Assembly: GCA_964106645.2 (NCBI GenBank)
Contig: OZ067039.1
Direction: 5' to 3' (one strand)
DNA length: 64,000 nucleotides
Origin: Podarcis pityusensis
Lineage: Eukaryota
Shown here piece by piece: positions 1-12,872 of this stretch; position 1 is the first letter of the stretch, and each line of letters opens with the position of its first letter. Under the pieces are notes generated by a model. It worked only from the letters and a program-made list of their open reading frames with translations, was not told the origin of the DNA and searched no databases. Both the position numbers and the translations under genes were made by a program.

Positions 1-163
1 GGGAACAGGAGAGGAAGGCAAAATCCACTCACACCATGCTGGATACCAGTCCATCTAATGACATGGTACTGTCTGTTCTAGGTCCCAAGATCAACAGCCC
101 ACCGAGCCTAAGTTCCTACTTGCTGGAGCAACAAACTTTTTTCTTCTTTTCACTAGTAAACGG

Positions 164-242
164 TTGTTGTTGTTTAGTCGTTTAGTCATGTCCGACTCTT
201 CGTGACCCCATGGACCAGAGCATGCCAGGCACTCCTGTCTTC
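164..242 (-). mobile_element. 5'-truncated Bov-B/RTE LINE 3' end with (CAA)n tail
   Basis: gttgttgttgtttagtcgtttagtcatgtccgactcttcgtgaccccatggacc is the reverse of a Bov-B-type tail. TSD CTAGTAAA(C/G)GG at 153-163 and 243-253. Confidence 0.8.
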
Positions 243-2540
243 CTAGTAAAGGGTACCTAATCTTAAATGTGTTATCATCTCAAATCCTGATGTGCATATG
301 CTGTAATAATCCCATTTCACAGGTCAGAAAACTGAGGCACAATGCACTGTCACAGAGAGACTGGCCGTTAAATCCAAATCTGAGTCGCCCCAATTTCAGA
401 TCAACAAACCAAACCTTGGCTCTCTTTTGGTAATTTCTTGTGCTGCTTTCACAGGACTTTTATCATTTGGATGAGACCCTCTTCTAATCAGCAGCTTTCA
501 AATATATATTTTGTTTTTATTTGGGGCTATTCTTCACTCCTGTTTATTTCTCCTTATTTTTATGCTTCTTTGACTATGCCCAACTGTGTCATTTTGGTTT
601 CACAGAAGATGCAAACAAAACAAACGAACAAAAAAAAAAAGGTATTCAAAAACAGCCTTGCATTAGATGAATATATTTCTCATCCCTGGAGTTTTGTGTC
701 TCCCACTCTTACATTTTATAGGAGGGGTGTGGTTGCAGTCATCACCGAATGCAGAGTCTGTTTTCCCTACAAACCATTTATGTATACACACTTTTACATT
801 CAAGTGAAAAGCAACATACCAACATGATTTACTGGGTATTAATGCTGTGGAACAAAACAGATTTAAGTCAGAAGTTGCCACCAGATGATAAGAATCTGAT
901 TGGCTTTGCTTTTATTGCCTATTATTATTATGCATAATTATTTGGTTGGTCTTACAGCATATGGCACAGGTTTTGCAGCCAATTTATCTGAGCAGTAAGT
1001 TCAAGAGTGGTTCCCCCCACCCCCACCCCCTCCTTCTCCTTGCTTATGAAACCTAACACTACCTTAGTGATCACTAGGCCCCAGGCTTTCCAATGTGGCT
1101 TAACAGTAATTATACAAATGCTGAAAAGATGAAAAAGTGTTAAAAGTTCCTTACACCTAGTGACATGCTTTTGCCTCTTAAAGGGGCCATCATAAAAAAT
1201 GAATACAGATAGCAGAATAGAATGGAGGTGGGGGGGTGTAGAAATCTTGTCTTCAGGTTGAAAAGAAAATCTACACATAGCGTGGGTTGCTGTTTCTTTA
1301 AATCACAAGGCTTTAATCGTTTGCTAGGCTCCGAAAGAGGTTTTCCTGACCCCTGCTCTCCCTTTCCTTTAAATCTCCAAACAAACACCCAGTGTCCCAA
1401 ATCATCCTGCCTCCACCTCCAGAGTGAATCCCTATAGTTGAGGCAATGATCTCTCCTTCTCACCCCCGTGTGCGACTTATGTTTCTACTTTCACTGGCGA
1501 CACTCTGGAGCCAGAGCTTTTCCGTTCAGCGAGAACTTCTGCTACATGTCGCTAACAACAACACAACACAGAGGCTGCCCCCTTCTTGTCCGAGCCTCGC
1601 TGCCCACCCTGAGCACAGTCCTATGGTCAGGATTTATAGCAAGGAGACACCAATCTAAGAACCGATTCATGGCAGGCTACAATGCCACTACTGACTGAAG
1701 GTAGAAAGGGAGGGGAGGGCCAGCAAGTCCCCGATTCTTCAGGGCTTCTGCCGAAATCCTAACCTCAGTTCTCTCTACAATACCAGCTTCTGCACACTGC
1801 ACTCATTCACGGTACAGTAACCTTTGGTTCCTTTAACTTGGTCCTGGATCTTAGCTCTCGCTTTAAACAAGAAAAAAGGAATCATTGGTTTTTGGCTTGA
1901 AAAACAATGATCTCAACTTTTCGTTTAGGTGTTATTGTAGAATTTCTTCCCAGCCCCTATCCCAGATTACTAACAAGTCAACCATTGATAAATAAAATAA
2001 AATAAAATCTTTCTAGAAATGTGCTAATTTCTAATTTTCCATATGCTTTTTTTTTATTTGTTTCTTTTGAACGGCGTTCACCACAATGATTCTCTGCTGA
2101 GCGCCCTCCATGCCGCTTCTGTGGGTTGCATAAAGAGCTCTCCAAGTTGGTGCAAATAATGTTTACTCCCACTTCAAGAGCCCTTCACGCTGCCAGAGTG
2201 GTGCAAATTGGCTTACACATAAATGAGAATGAGGCACCATGGCTTTCTTTGAAATAAAAGCAGGCTCTCCTTTAAGAAAAACACAACAACTGAGATCAGT
2301 AAGTATGATTAAGAGGTTAATTCAGTTTGGAAACACATTCGCTGGTGAAATATTCAGTGCAAGGCATGCTTAACTTTCTAGCAAGTGATGTTTAAGATAG
2401 ACCAAGTCCTGGCAAAAATTATGCCTTGTCACTAATGGACCATGGAAAATGATGAGACACACTTCTCTACCTGAATACTCAGATGCTGAAGAGTCTCTAG
2501 GATGATGCCACACTACCTGGAGCCATGGTTTGGTCCTGTG

Positions 2541-2631
2541 CATAGCTGTCAACTTTTCCCATTTCTTGCGAGGAATCCTATTTGGAATAATGGGAATTTC
2601 CCTTTAAAAAGGGAAAACGTTGACAGCTATG
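2541..2631. mobile_element. 91-bp hAT-type MITE
   Basis: TIRs CATAGCTGTCAAC...GTTGACAGCTATG. 8-bp TSD GTCCTGTG/GTCCAGTG (2533-2540, 2632-2639). Confidence 0.85.
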
Positions 2632-2891
2632 GTCCAGTGATACGTCTGAACCTGGGTTCATGGTTTGCCTATGCCTGATAAACCAAAAGCCAAATGAACC
2701 TTGGCTACAGATCATGATTTGTCTGGAATGAGAAAAGCCACGAGCACAGGTTTGGACATAATGCTAAGTTAACTCCAAGGAGCATCAACAGGAGGACCAG
2801 GGTAGGGGTTTATTGCTCACGCTTAGCCATGGTTTAGTTTGGCATCACATGCAAAACAGTTCAATGTTTTGTTTTCTCAGTCTGCCTTGCC

Positions 2892-3120
2892 AGTTCTGCG
2901 GTTTCAGTACGTAGAATGCTGGACTTGGACCTGGGAGACCAGGGTTCAAATCCCCAATATCATGAAGCTCATCAGGTGACCTTGGGCCAGTCAGTGTCTC
3001 TTAGCCTAACCTAACTCACAGGGTTGTTGTGAGGATAAAATGGAGAGGGGAGAAAACAGGTATGCCACCACTTGAGCTGCTCAAGCAAAGACAGGACAGA
3101 AATCAAATAAAGAAATAAAG
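2892..3120 (+). mobile_element. MIR/CORE-like tRNA SINE
   Basis: B box GGTTCAAATCC, core gtgaccttgggccagtca...cacagggttgttgtgaggataaaatg and A-rich tail. Paralogous to 40793-41015 and 22845-23000. Confidence 0.75.
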
Positions 3121-3559
3121 TCTCCATTCTACCTACAGTCACTTATCAAGATGGTCTGCTACTGGTTTCTCACAACTAACAGATAATTATAAGGAGATTC
3201 CATGCCTGTTCAAATTGTAATTATTTAATTCAAATATCTAATTAATCAATTCTAAAATATGCAGACTAGTTATAGAATACAGCTCATGATATAATTCTAT
3301 GTGGTCCCTTCCAGAGGTATGCAGAATCTCTCCCCTACCCAGTCAGATATATTATTACACATTACTGTTCATATGGATGGTGAGTTAGACAACACGTTGG
3401 ATCCAGATCTGCTGCTACATGAATGGAAAGGCTCCTTCCATTCATCAGAGCCAGTACACTCTCCTACAACATATTCCTCTGGCTCCATCTCTTCCAATGC
3501 ATTTTCCTGCCAGATTTGGAGACAGTTTTCCTTCTTGCAATCTCCAATGCCTAATTACA

Positions 3560-4140
3560 GTCAATAGCACTTCAGCAGGGGTAAGAGTTTGACTCGGCAC
3601 ATTTCACAATGATGGCATAGTTTGCTGTTGTGAAATGGCCAGGATGCTTTGACATACCACTTCGATCTTTAGCATGAAACACCTTTCTCTGCTTCTACAT
3701 CTCTTTCTCACACAAGACAACTTTTCATGCACAGAGCTCATTTCTCCTAGGATACTTCCTGCATGTTTACTTCACTACACTGATGTGCATTAGCTTCCAG
3801 TTGTGTGTAGTCAATGTGTGCAGTTGCCAGTGATCTAACTGCATGTAACATTCAGGCAACTGCATACATGGAAGTGACTTGCATGACAAAAATTTGATCT
3901 TGTACGAAGAAGTCCTCGGTCTGTCATTTTGCTCTGAATGAAATACTCTCTGGGGCCGCCTTTCCTTCTCACTCAGTTGCTTAGTCTCACAGGCACTTGA
4001 GAATGAAATGATCAACAGCACCTCAATACTACTTCCTACCTCAAGACTACAAAACACCCAGGAAGCTTTGTAGAGATTTTGCCTGATCCTCATTTCTCTT
4101 TCGACAAACTTTACTGGCCATTGAGGATCCTGTGAATGAA
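3560..4140 (-). mobile_element. Ancient, degenerate RTE-clade LINE ORF2 C-terminal relic
   Basis: ORF 3767-4093 (SW..SIEVLL...RRPQRVFHSE...LDHWQ...NWK) follows the RTE C-terminal pattern (SW..SIEAML...RLPKQLxYSEL...DxW...W). It is followed by a CHHC..C remnant near 3590-3620. Confidence 0.5.
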
Positions 4141-4502
4141 TTGCTTGGCAATTTTATTTTGAGCACACCGATTTGTACTACAAGCCTGAAGCGACAAATG
4201 CTTGAAGGGTGTTTTATTTTACTTTCTTCCCCATAATGCCTCCCAAATTCTGTCTCTATCTAGAAACCATGCCCACGACATTGCTTCTGGCACATTTTAG
4301 AACCAGGCAGCACATCTTACTCCCTTGCGTAAGACATGTATGGACACACCACAAAAATAATAATAAAGGAAAACATTAATAAATAATAATCAAGATCATC
4401 TGCAGTTTTAATGATGAGCTATTAAACGAACTGTAAAAGACACATAACTCATGGCACAAGACTGTACATTGTCAAAACTGGCATTAAAGTGTATGGAGAT
4501 AA

Positions 4503-4650
4503 TTAAGCAATAATGACCTCGGCATGGGGCATTTCCTGGGAATTAATGACCAGTTAGGAGGAGCTGATGTCTCGAGGCAAAACCGAGGGCCATTAACTCT
4601 GAATGGTCATTAATACTCAGGAAATGCCCTGTGCTGAGGTCATCATTGTG
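4503..4650. repeat. Ancient palindromic element, MER135-like (Eulor/Crypton-related hairpin class)
   Basis: 45-bp arms 4508-4552 and 4604-4648 with 39/45 inverted identity. TTAAGCAATAA terminus and inner ctcg..aaaa..cgag hairpin. The family name is from memory of the consensus. Confidence 0.65.
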
Positions 4651-6437
4651 AATGTAAGACAAAAATGAGAGAAAAGTAATATGTGTATGGATTTTTGTTG
4701 ACAATGTTTAAGGCTGATAGGGTTTCATGTTTAATGCACTTGGCACTTAGTTCTCTCTACATTAGTCCAATCAACTGCTTGAACCATCTCTCAACGACGA
4801 GTTCATTTTTCAGGATATTTCCTAATGCAGAGCCCAACTCTGCAGTCATTCCCATTAAAACTCCATATATGGAAAGGAGAAAATCAGAGATGCCAAGATC
4901 ACCTATATTGCCAAAATGATACAGATATCAATATGAACTACAGTCCATTTGTACATAACTAAATACTTTTTAATCCATATTCTGAAGCTGAAATGATTTT
5001 GTATAAAGCCATTTTACTTTTGCCCTTTTGAGCGTTTTTCAATAGAGAACTGTCTAATAAATATGATAAAGAACAATAAAATTACAATGGAAAGGACAGG
5101 AATGCCAAATTCGGTTGGTGAAACAAATAAGTCACGATCCAGCTAAGCTTAATAATTTCTTAACTTAGTTTTTAAAAAGCACAACTTTAGTTGGGAATAC
5201 TTTGTTCCACTGATTTTCATGAGACTCATCATGAGCAACTTTATTTGGATTGAGGCCTTGACTCATAAGTGGGATCAGAGTTCATTATAAAACAAACCAA
5301 AATCCTACTCTTGGATGCTCACATCTGAAATGTTGATCAGGACACACTTCAGGAGTTGTCAGACCACAATGAACTTGCCATCCTTCTATGCAGTTGATGA
5401 AAACCTGACCAACCCATTCAACCAGATAGGGAGCCCCACTACTATTCTACTCACCTAGCCAGAAACTACAATATCTAATTCTTATGTCTGTTTTGTCCTT
5501 GCTCATACAACATACTCTCTGCTAAATAAATAAATAATAAAAAATTATAATAATAGTAGCACCACAAAAAGGCTGCACAGGTTGGTTCCTGTGTACTTTT
5601 ACATCCATTAACACCTTCGAGGAGTTCTCCTCAGTCACCTTTATTTTCTTCATCATTGCATTGTACTGTAATAAAGACATCTATTTCCAAAAAGGGAGGG
5701 GGGGGAAGGCCAATCAAGTCCTACCCTTGTGCCTTCTTCCCAACTTCCAAGGTCCCTCCCTGCTCTGGAATCAACTGTGCCATTTTGAGAAACATCGAAC
5801 TATAATGCTAAAAGAAAAATAAACTTATGAGAGTCTGACTTAATTGGATGAAAACAAATTATAATTTGTATCTATCAGCTCCAATTGAGATGCAACATGA
5901 GAGCATCCAACTCTACTAGCAGTGGTGAATGAGGTCGGGCAGAGCAGTGCCTTCGCAGTGGTGCTGCACTTACCAGGACAGGGTGGTGTGGTGGCAAGCC
6001 TGGGAGACTACTGGCTTGGTGGCATGTCACCCCACAGGTGTACACACAAATGCAGCCTCACCCCTGCCACCAACCCAAAACTCGTCCAACCTCACTGCCT
6101 CAGCCCAATCCTGTGCACAGCACTATCGCCAGAAATTATGGTATTCCAATCAATGTCTTTTCTGGTATTCCTCACTAGATTACACAATTGATTCGGATAT
6201 CACTTTCTATAACATTTGCAAGTTGTGCAGTCCAAAGCAGAGCCTTGACTCAGCCCCTGATCTGAAAAGGAAAATCTTGACTATATCCTCCTATATCACA
6301 AGACTGGTGATAACCAGAAATCCTTAAAAGCACAATCTGTTTATACCCCCCCCAGGGCAAAAATCCTGGAGTACGCTTACAAGGGAGTAAGTCCCACTGA
6401 AATCAGTGAGATTTACTTCCAAGTAGACCAATTGTGA

Positions 6438-6797
6438 GGGACGCGGGTGGCGCTGTGGGTAAAACCTCAGCGCCTAGGACTTGCCGATCGCATGGTCGGC
6501 GGTTCGAATCCCCGCGGTGGGGTGAGCTCCCGTCGTTCGGTCCCAGCGCCTGCCCACCTAGCAGTTCGAAAGCACCTCTGGGTGCAAGTAGATAAATAGG
6601 GACCGCTTACCAGCGGGAAGGTAAACGGCGTTCCGTGTGCTGCGCTGGCTCGCCAGATGCAGCTTGTCACACTGGCCACGTGACCCAGAAGTGTCTGCGG
6701 ACAGCGCTGGCTCCCGGCCTATAGAGTGAGATAAGCGCACAACCCTAGAGTCTGGCAAGACTGGCCCGTATGGGCAGGGGTACCTTTACCTTTACCT
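6438..6797 (+). mobile_element. Full-length Sauria SINE (lacertid type)
   Basis: GGGACGCGGGTGGCGCTGTGG head, B box GGTTCGAATCC and (ACCTTT)n tail. TSD TAGACC(A/G)ATTGT at 6424-6435 and 6798-6809. CpGs are retained, suggesting a young copy. Confidence 0.93.
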
Positions 6798-7169
6798 TAG
6801 ACCGATTGTAGGATTGGGTTTTACGAATGCATATCTAGAGTTGATTCATTTCTCCCTCAATGAAACAACCTGTTTTAGCTAAAGAAACCTATTAGCATGG
6901 ATATTTTTTTCATAAATCAAAACACATTTTCTTCCACAGCATTATAGTAAAAACAGTAAGAACTGCACTACAGCTGGAGATGAGGGTAGAAGCTTTCTTG
7001 AAATTTTCTCTGCTTTTTTTTAAAGCAGGAAACCGATTTGGCATCCACAGCAGGGAAAGCACAGGGATCCTGCAGTGTGGTGATATCACAACCTGAGCTC
7101 CCATGAGTCCCAACCACCTTGACCAATGGTAAGGATTAATGAGAGTTGCAATCCAACATCTCCACATCT

Positions 7170-7465
7170 CAATTTATTTATTCATGTACTCATTTCATAT
7201 ATAAAATAAACCACCTATAACCAAAAACGGGTCCTGGGTGGTATACAAAGTTTAAAATTACATATGAAACATCACCAAGAATACCATCAAATTAAGAGGA
7301 ATAAAACCATTCAGCCAGCTGCAAAATGTCATAATATAAAATGACTGGGAAAATAAAATGAGTTTAAGCTGGTGTCGAAACTAATAAAGTGTTCATGACT
7401 GCCATATCTCCCTCGGGAGGGAATTTTCACAGTCTGGGTGCCAACACAGAGAAGTCCCTCTCTTT
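7170..7465 (-). mobile_element. L2-like LINE 3' fragment
   Basis: Reverse (TAAA)n tail and ...gggagggaatttcacagtctgggtgccaacacagagaagtccct, similar to the L2 remnant at 48430-48800. Confidence 0.55.
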
Positions 7466-7648
7466 GTACATGCATGATGCCCTAAGGATCGAACATAGCA
7501 AAGGACTTTCATGGGCAAACCATTGTTCTCTCTGCTAAGTCTTGAATCTGTGGGCACACAGGCAGAAATGGCTGCTTAATTCCTGAGATATGGAAGCACT
7601 TTGTGTACAGCTGCAAAATACTGTGCATTTTTACTTATGGTTTACAAA

Positions 7649-7768
7649 GGGTTGGATCCAATATTAGTTCTGCTCAGAGGAGATGCATTTAGATTAATGG
7701 GCATGCCTAACTTAGGTCCATTGATTTCAATGGGTCTACTCTGAGTAGAACTTTGTTGGCTACAACCC
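7649..7768. mobile_element. Palindromic MITE with GGGTTG-type TIRs (Harbinger-like)
   Basis: GGGTTGGATCCAA...TTGGCTACAACCC with an internal ccattgatttcaatgg palindrome. Related copies near 5180, 6360-6820, 17590, 18060, 32400, 35210 and 49380. Confidence 0.65.
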
Positions 7769-8385
7769 TGGGATTTAGGCAGAAATTAAAGTTTGGGGCT
7801 GGGAAACGAAAGCCAAACTGAACCGATTTGTCATTTGAAGGGGGGAAAGCAAAGGACTGCAAAATTGTTGTTTTTATTTCTGAATCCAGACCCAGGTTTC
7901 ACTGGTGAAGTGAAGTCCAGCTGCTAACAGGCCACCCCCCCCTCCTTTCATTTTCCTCTCTTTCTTGCGCTGCTCCTTTTACAGTGTTTTCAGGGCTATT
8001 CTGCTAATGGGAGGGGGCTGAAACTTACATGTATACAAAACAAAACTCTTCGCTACATTTAATCATACATTAATAAAAGTAGAAGTGGTGGCTCAAAACT
8101 CCAGCACTGAATAATTAAATTACAGTGAGATTAACATAACATGCAGCCTATCCCACTGTTCCAACAATAGCACGGTTTGAAAATAAATAAATAAAAACCC
8201 CAGAGAAAGAGCAAAATTACTCAACTTTCCTAAATTTGTTCAAAAATGCTGCAATATAGTTAATGAATTAAGAAATCCTATTAGCTACTTAAGAAGCAAA
8301 AAAAGTTGTTATTTTTATTTAGTATGTATGTATGAAGTATGTATAAAACACTCATTGTCATCAACATATAGAAAGGAAGGAGACA

Positions 8386-8426
8386 ACACACACACAGACA
8401 CAGACACAGACACAGACACAGACACA

Positions 8427-8467
<41 letters not shown>
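8386..8467. repeat. Compound microsatellite (CA)n/(GACACA)n/(GA)n
   Basis: Read directly from the sequence. Confidence 0.95.
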
Positions 8468-8889
8468 CTTGCATAGTGAAGTGATAACTTTGAAGTAACT
8501 ATGCCAGATCAGATTGTTTGACAGAGCACAGTAATGATATTTACTTCTCCTTCTGTGAGAAATAAAATCACTGTGGGTATTTTAAATAAATGTAGGATGA
8601 AGACAGAATGGGTATCATTGCTTTTCTGGGTTAGGATTCCCCTCATACCAACTCTCCTTCACACCATTTCCAACCTACTAGAATAAAAACAAACAAACCC
8701 AAGTGTTAGATTATCAGTGCTTCTTTCCCAGTGTTTATACTTTTTATAAACAGTTGACAAAAAAATAAAGTCACCAAATAAGGAATCAGGACTTGTTAAC
8801 ACATATAATTTTCAAAACCACAAGTGGAATAAAAGGCAGCAATGCAGAAACTGTTACAGACTGCAGATAAAATTATTCAAGTGTGCATT

Positions 8890-9269
8890 NNNNNNNNNNN
8901 NNNNNNNNNNNNNNNNNNNNNNNNNNNNNNNNNNNNNNNNNNNNNNNNNNNNNNNNNNNNNNNNNNNNNNNNNNNNNNNNNNNNNNNNNNNNNNNNNNNN
9001 NNNNNNNNNNNNNNNNNNNNNNNNNNNNNNNNNNNNNNNNNNNNNNNNNNNNNNNNNNNNNNNNNNNNNNNNNNNNNNNNNNNNNNNNNNNNNNNNNNNN
9101 NNNNNNNNNNNNNNNNNNNNNNNNNNNNNNNNNNNNNNNNNNNNNNNNNNNNNNNNNNNNNNNNNNNNNNNNNNNNNNNNNNNNNNNNNNNNNNNNNNNN
9201 NNNNNNNNNNNNNNNNNNNNNNNNNNNNNNNNNNNNNNNNNNNNNNNNNNNNNNNNNNNNNNNNNNNNN
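8890..9269. other. Assembly gap (380 N)
   Basis: Run of N. Confidence 1.
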
Positions 9270-12033
9270 CTGCTGTTGAGGTCAGCTTTCCTTGACCTTT
9301 GAAACAGGAAGTAAAATTCTGTCCAAATTTGAATGACTAGAAATATACCAGCTTAAAAAAAAAAATGGGAGGGGGGAAACAGCTTTTTAAAAAATGTACA
9401 GACAGCTAATATAGTATGGTAACAAATTGAAACATTAAATAAATGCATCACCCAGAGAAAGAGATAGAGAGAAAAGAACCCTAAAAATCTTAGTCATTAG
9501 GTTTTTTTAAAAAAAAATATTTGTTTCAACATGTAATTCTCAGAAAGGTTTATATGTCAGAATATTCAGGTCAAATAATGATCTGAATATGTACAGTGCT
9601 AAATGGTTTCAACCTTGTTTAAAAATACTTCAGTTGTGCTTGAGCAGGTTATTAATAGTGTCAGAAACATGTTATATTCCAGGCATCAGGGGGAGGGTTT
9701 TTTAAAAAAATACATTAAGGCTTTTCAAATTAGTTGTGCAAAGCTGAGCAATCCATCATTTTGCTGCTACAAGTTTTCTTGTGAAAGACACACAGAAGGT
9801 CTCTTTTTAAAATATCCTTTCTCCTATAAATCTTCACTTTAAAAAACAATAATTAATTTAGCTTTAAACACTTTCTCACACGTGAATTCAAGAACCCATC
9901 CTTTTTTGTTTTAAGCACAACGCTAGACTTGCATATCAAATTTAAAATGTAAATAGGAAACTCCTCTCTTTTCCTAAAGGGGACATTTTACATACATTCA
10001 GTGGCCAAACAAACAGATTTAAATCCTCATAACTAAACCTAAATATGAACATACCTTACATTGTTATATTTAAAGAAAGAAAAAACAATGAAGGTTTCTG
10101 CTTTACATAACTTCTGACTGAAGATATGACCCTCATTTTAAATTAAATTTGGCACCAGCATTGATTGATAAAATGTGACGAACACCTAGTTTGTCTAATC
10201 CAGAAAGACTGGGAGACTGTGTCCCCAATAGATCACATTTGTATTTTGCCTATATGGGTTTTTTTTAATAAAAAAGGGGGGGAACCAGAGAGATACCTTT
10301 CCATGCATGGTATTAACCTGTTTCAGCAGCTTTTCTTTTATCTGCACGTTGCATGACAGGTAGAGCATTCATTCTGTATGTTCTATTTTAATGTCTACAT
10401 TGCCGGGGAGGGAAGGGAGGGGGAAGAGAAGGAAAACACCTCCTGGTGGAAAAGCTTCTTTATAACAACGAAATCTAGATAGCGGTTAGTCTTGAATTAA
10501 AGTCTGGCAGGAGCAACATTAACGATGCACATTAATTAGATTGACAGAATGGTTCCTGGCATTGTATTCTGAAGTGCGGTAAACCAAACACTGCCTATTT
10601 AGGGTTTTAGTTAATGACAAACCTGAGCTTTGGTTTTTGTGTGCAAAGTGGCTTCTCCCCCCCCCCCAACGCCCTAAATGATAGCTATGAGAACCCAGCT
10701 GGTTCTCATTTTGAACCAACCAGTTTTCTCTATTGCCAAGTGCTAAAAAGAAAAATAAGCTGGGCAATTCACAACTACATGCCCTTCGGAGGCAGGAATT
10801 TGATTGTGGATATAAATGAAGTCATTCCTGAAACTTTCAAAGAATGAGGGTATGAGAGGTTGAAAGATGACAGAGAAACTCCCCCCCCCCTTTAAGCATT
10901 AAACATTCAAATGTTTGAGAAACACACACACAAATCTCTGCTGGTTCTATATAGCATTCATTTCTCCCTGAACTCTTTTCACCTTTACTCTAATGGGTAT
11001 AACATCTGCAAAGCAGAAACTGTGGGTTGCAGCTAGTAGGAAGATTATAGTGAAGGCTATGGGCTGGCTGCACCTAAATTGGGCAGAGAATCTTCAGGGA
11101 AAGAGCACTCTGATAGATTAAGCAGGGAAGCCCTAACGGGTGGACTTGAAGGAAGACAACTCTGTAAAGTCAGTGCCTGTGTGCCTCTGTGCGTATGTTT
11201 TCTAAGCTGCACTTCAAAGACTATAGAGAATGACAACAAACGAGAGCTGAAATCATTTCCTTATTCCTGATCACTTCAGAACCATGCATTCTCCTAGCAA
11301 AGTATTAATGGGTCTTTATACTGCATCCCTAACTGATGAAAAGGTGAGTATTGTTACACATCTGGGGTAACAGAGTTTGGGGGTGCAAGGGCCCCCCTGA
11401 CTGCTAGAGTTAATGAATGTTAGAAATTAATAAAGGGATACAATTTAGCTGATATCTGGAGTATGGAAGGGAGGGCAGGCCAAGGCCTCACCTGGGATAG
11501 ATATCGCTAAGAATGACAGAAGGGGCTAGACCCTACCAGGGCCCATGCATCTCCTTCTCAAAGCTCGGCAAGGACAGGGGCAAAATCTGCCCCTGGCCAC
11601 CCCTGTGAGAAGACTTAAGTTCCCATGGAAGAGGTGCAGATACACCAGAGGACAAGCCTCCTGCACCTGTCATAGTGATGTAGAAGACAGAAGTCATGGG
11701 GGAATTTCATGCAAGTGGCATGCAAGTTACAGCTGCTGAAATTCTCACTGTTACACATCACTATTAAAGGCTCAGGAGTGCTGTCCTCTTTTGCATCTGA
11801 TTGTCTGAATTTAATTTGCCCAAAGCCACACAATGAAGCGGAGGGGGTATTTGAACCTGGGTCTCTCACTCTGAAGGGTAGGCCAGCGCTCTCTAGCCAG
11901 AGTGCCACACTGGGTCGCCAGGGCAGAATTCAGCCACGTAGTATGTGAAGTTCTCCCTTGCAGATCGTTATTTTGACTGGTCCTTTAGGGGCAAGAAAGT
12001 TGCTTCAGTTTATTTTCATGTTCTGTTCTGGTA

Positions 12034-12184
12034 CATAGAATCATAGAAAATAATTCTGGAGTTGGAAAGCACCCTGAAGGCCATCTAGTTCAACGCCTTG
12101 CAATGCAGGTGTGGCCCATATGGGGATCAAACTCGTGACCTTGGTGTTATCAGCACCATGCTCTAACCAACTGAGCTGACTGCC
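12034..12184 (-). mobile_element. tRNA-Ile-headed SINE with CR1-type tail
   Basis: Minus strand reads agctcagttggttagagcatggtgctgataacaccaaggtcacgagtttgatcccc, then cctgcattgc...ttccaact...(ATTCTATG)n. Confidence 0.85.
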
Positions 12185-12872
12185 AGGGGTTTTTAGTGGC
12201 TCTCCCCCTCCCCTCAACTGCTGCCAAAGAGGCATTTGAAGGACCACCTTGCTCCAAGGGGGAGGGAGAGAAGAAGCTTTTTCTAGCAAACAAGTGGTGT
12301 TTTCCAGTCTACTGTAATTAACAAAACCCCCACACAATTGTTTATTGTTGTAATTATATTATGCAAACCATTTTATGAGATCTGCCTAAAAAGCGATATA
12401 TAAATACTGTATATAAGTAAATACTTAGCAATGGGGGTTTTTAATGTCCAGGCAAGAACCTTGGTACTAATAGTTTTCCATTTTTTACTGGATGCTTGTG
12501 AAATTATTACAGATACAACGGACTGTATTTTTTTATTTTCCCATAAATGTTCCCCCTAGACCTTCTACGTTTTCGTGATGACTTTGTCCCCAGCCATCAC
12601 AGTGGATCTGCCTAAATAAGAGCATCTTCAATGGAAAGCTGAGTACAGTAATGCAAGGCAGGAAGGAAGAGAGAAAAAGAAACTACTGCAGCAACTGGAA
12701 ATCATGGAGTTAAATGTTGTCTCCAGTTGTTATGGGTTGGAGGTAAGACTCCACCCCATTAGCTTGTTCTTGTTACTTTCATTTTCCTGTGTAGTGTCTT
12801 AAAACAAGCCAAGTTATCGGTGCCTGGGGTTTTCAAATAATACCTTGTTGGTGTAACTTTGCTGAGCATACA

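Noticed and set aside
6990-7045. ctttcttgaaattttctctgc...aaagcaggaaaccg superficially resembles EBF exon 7 (FLKF...AGN)
   Set aside because: It is on the plus strand (opposite to the gene), lacks CNQNCLK, and the similarity is short and low-complexity.
7409-7418. Perfect EBF consensus TCCCTCGGGA
   Set aside because: It lies inside an L2 remnant and is most simply a transposon-derived chance match.
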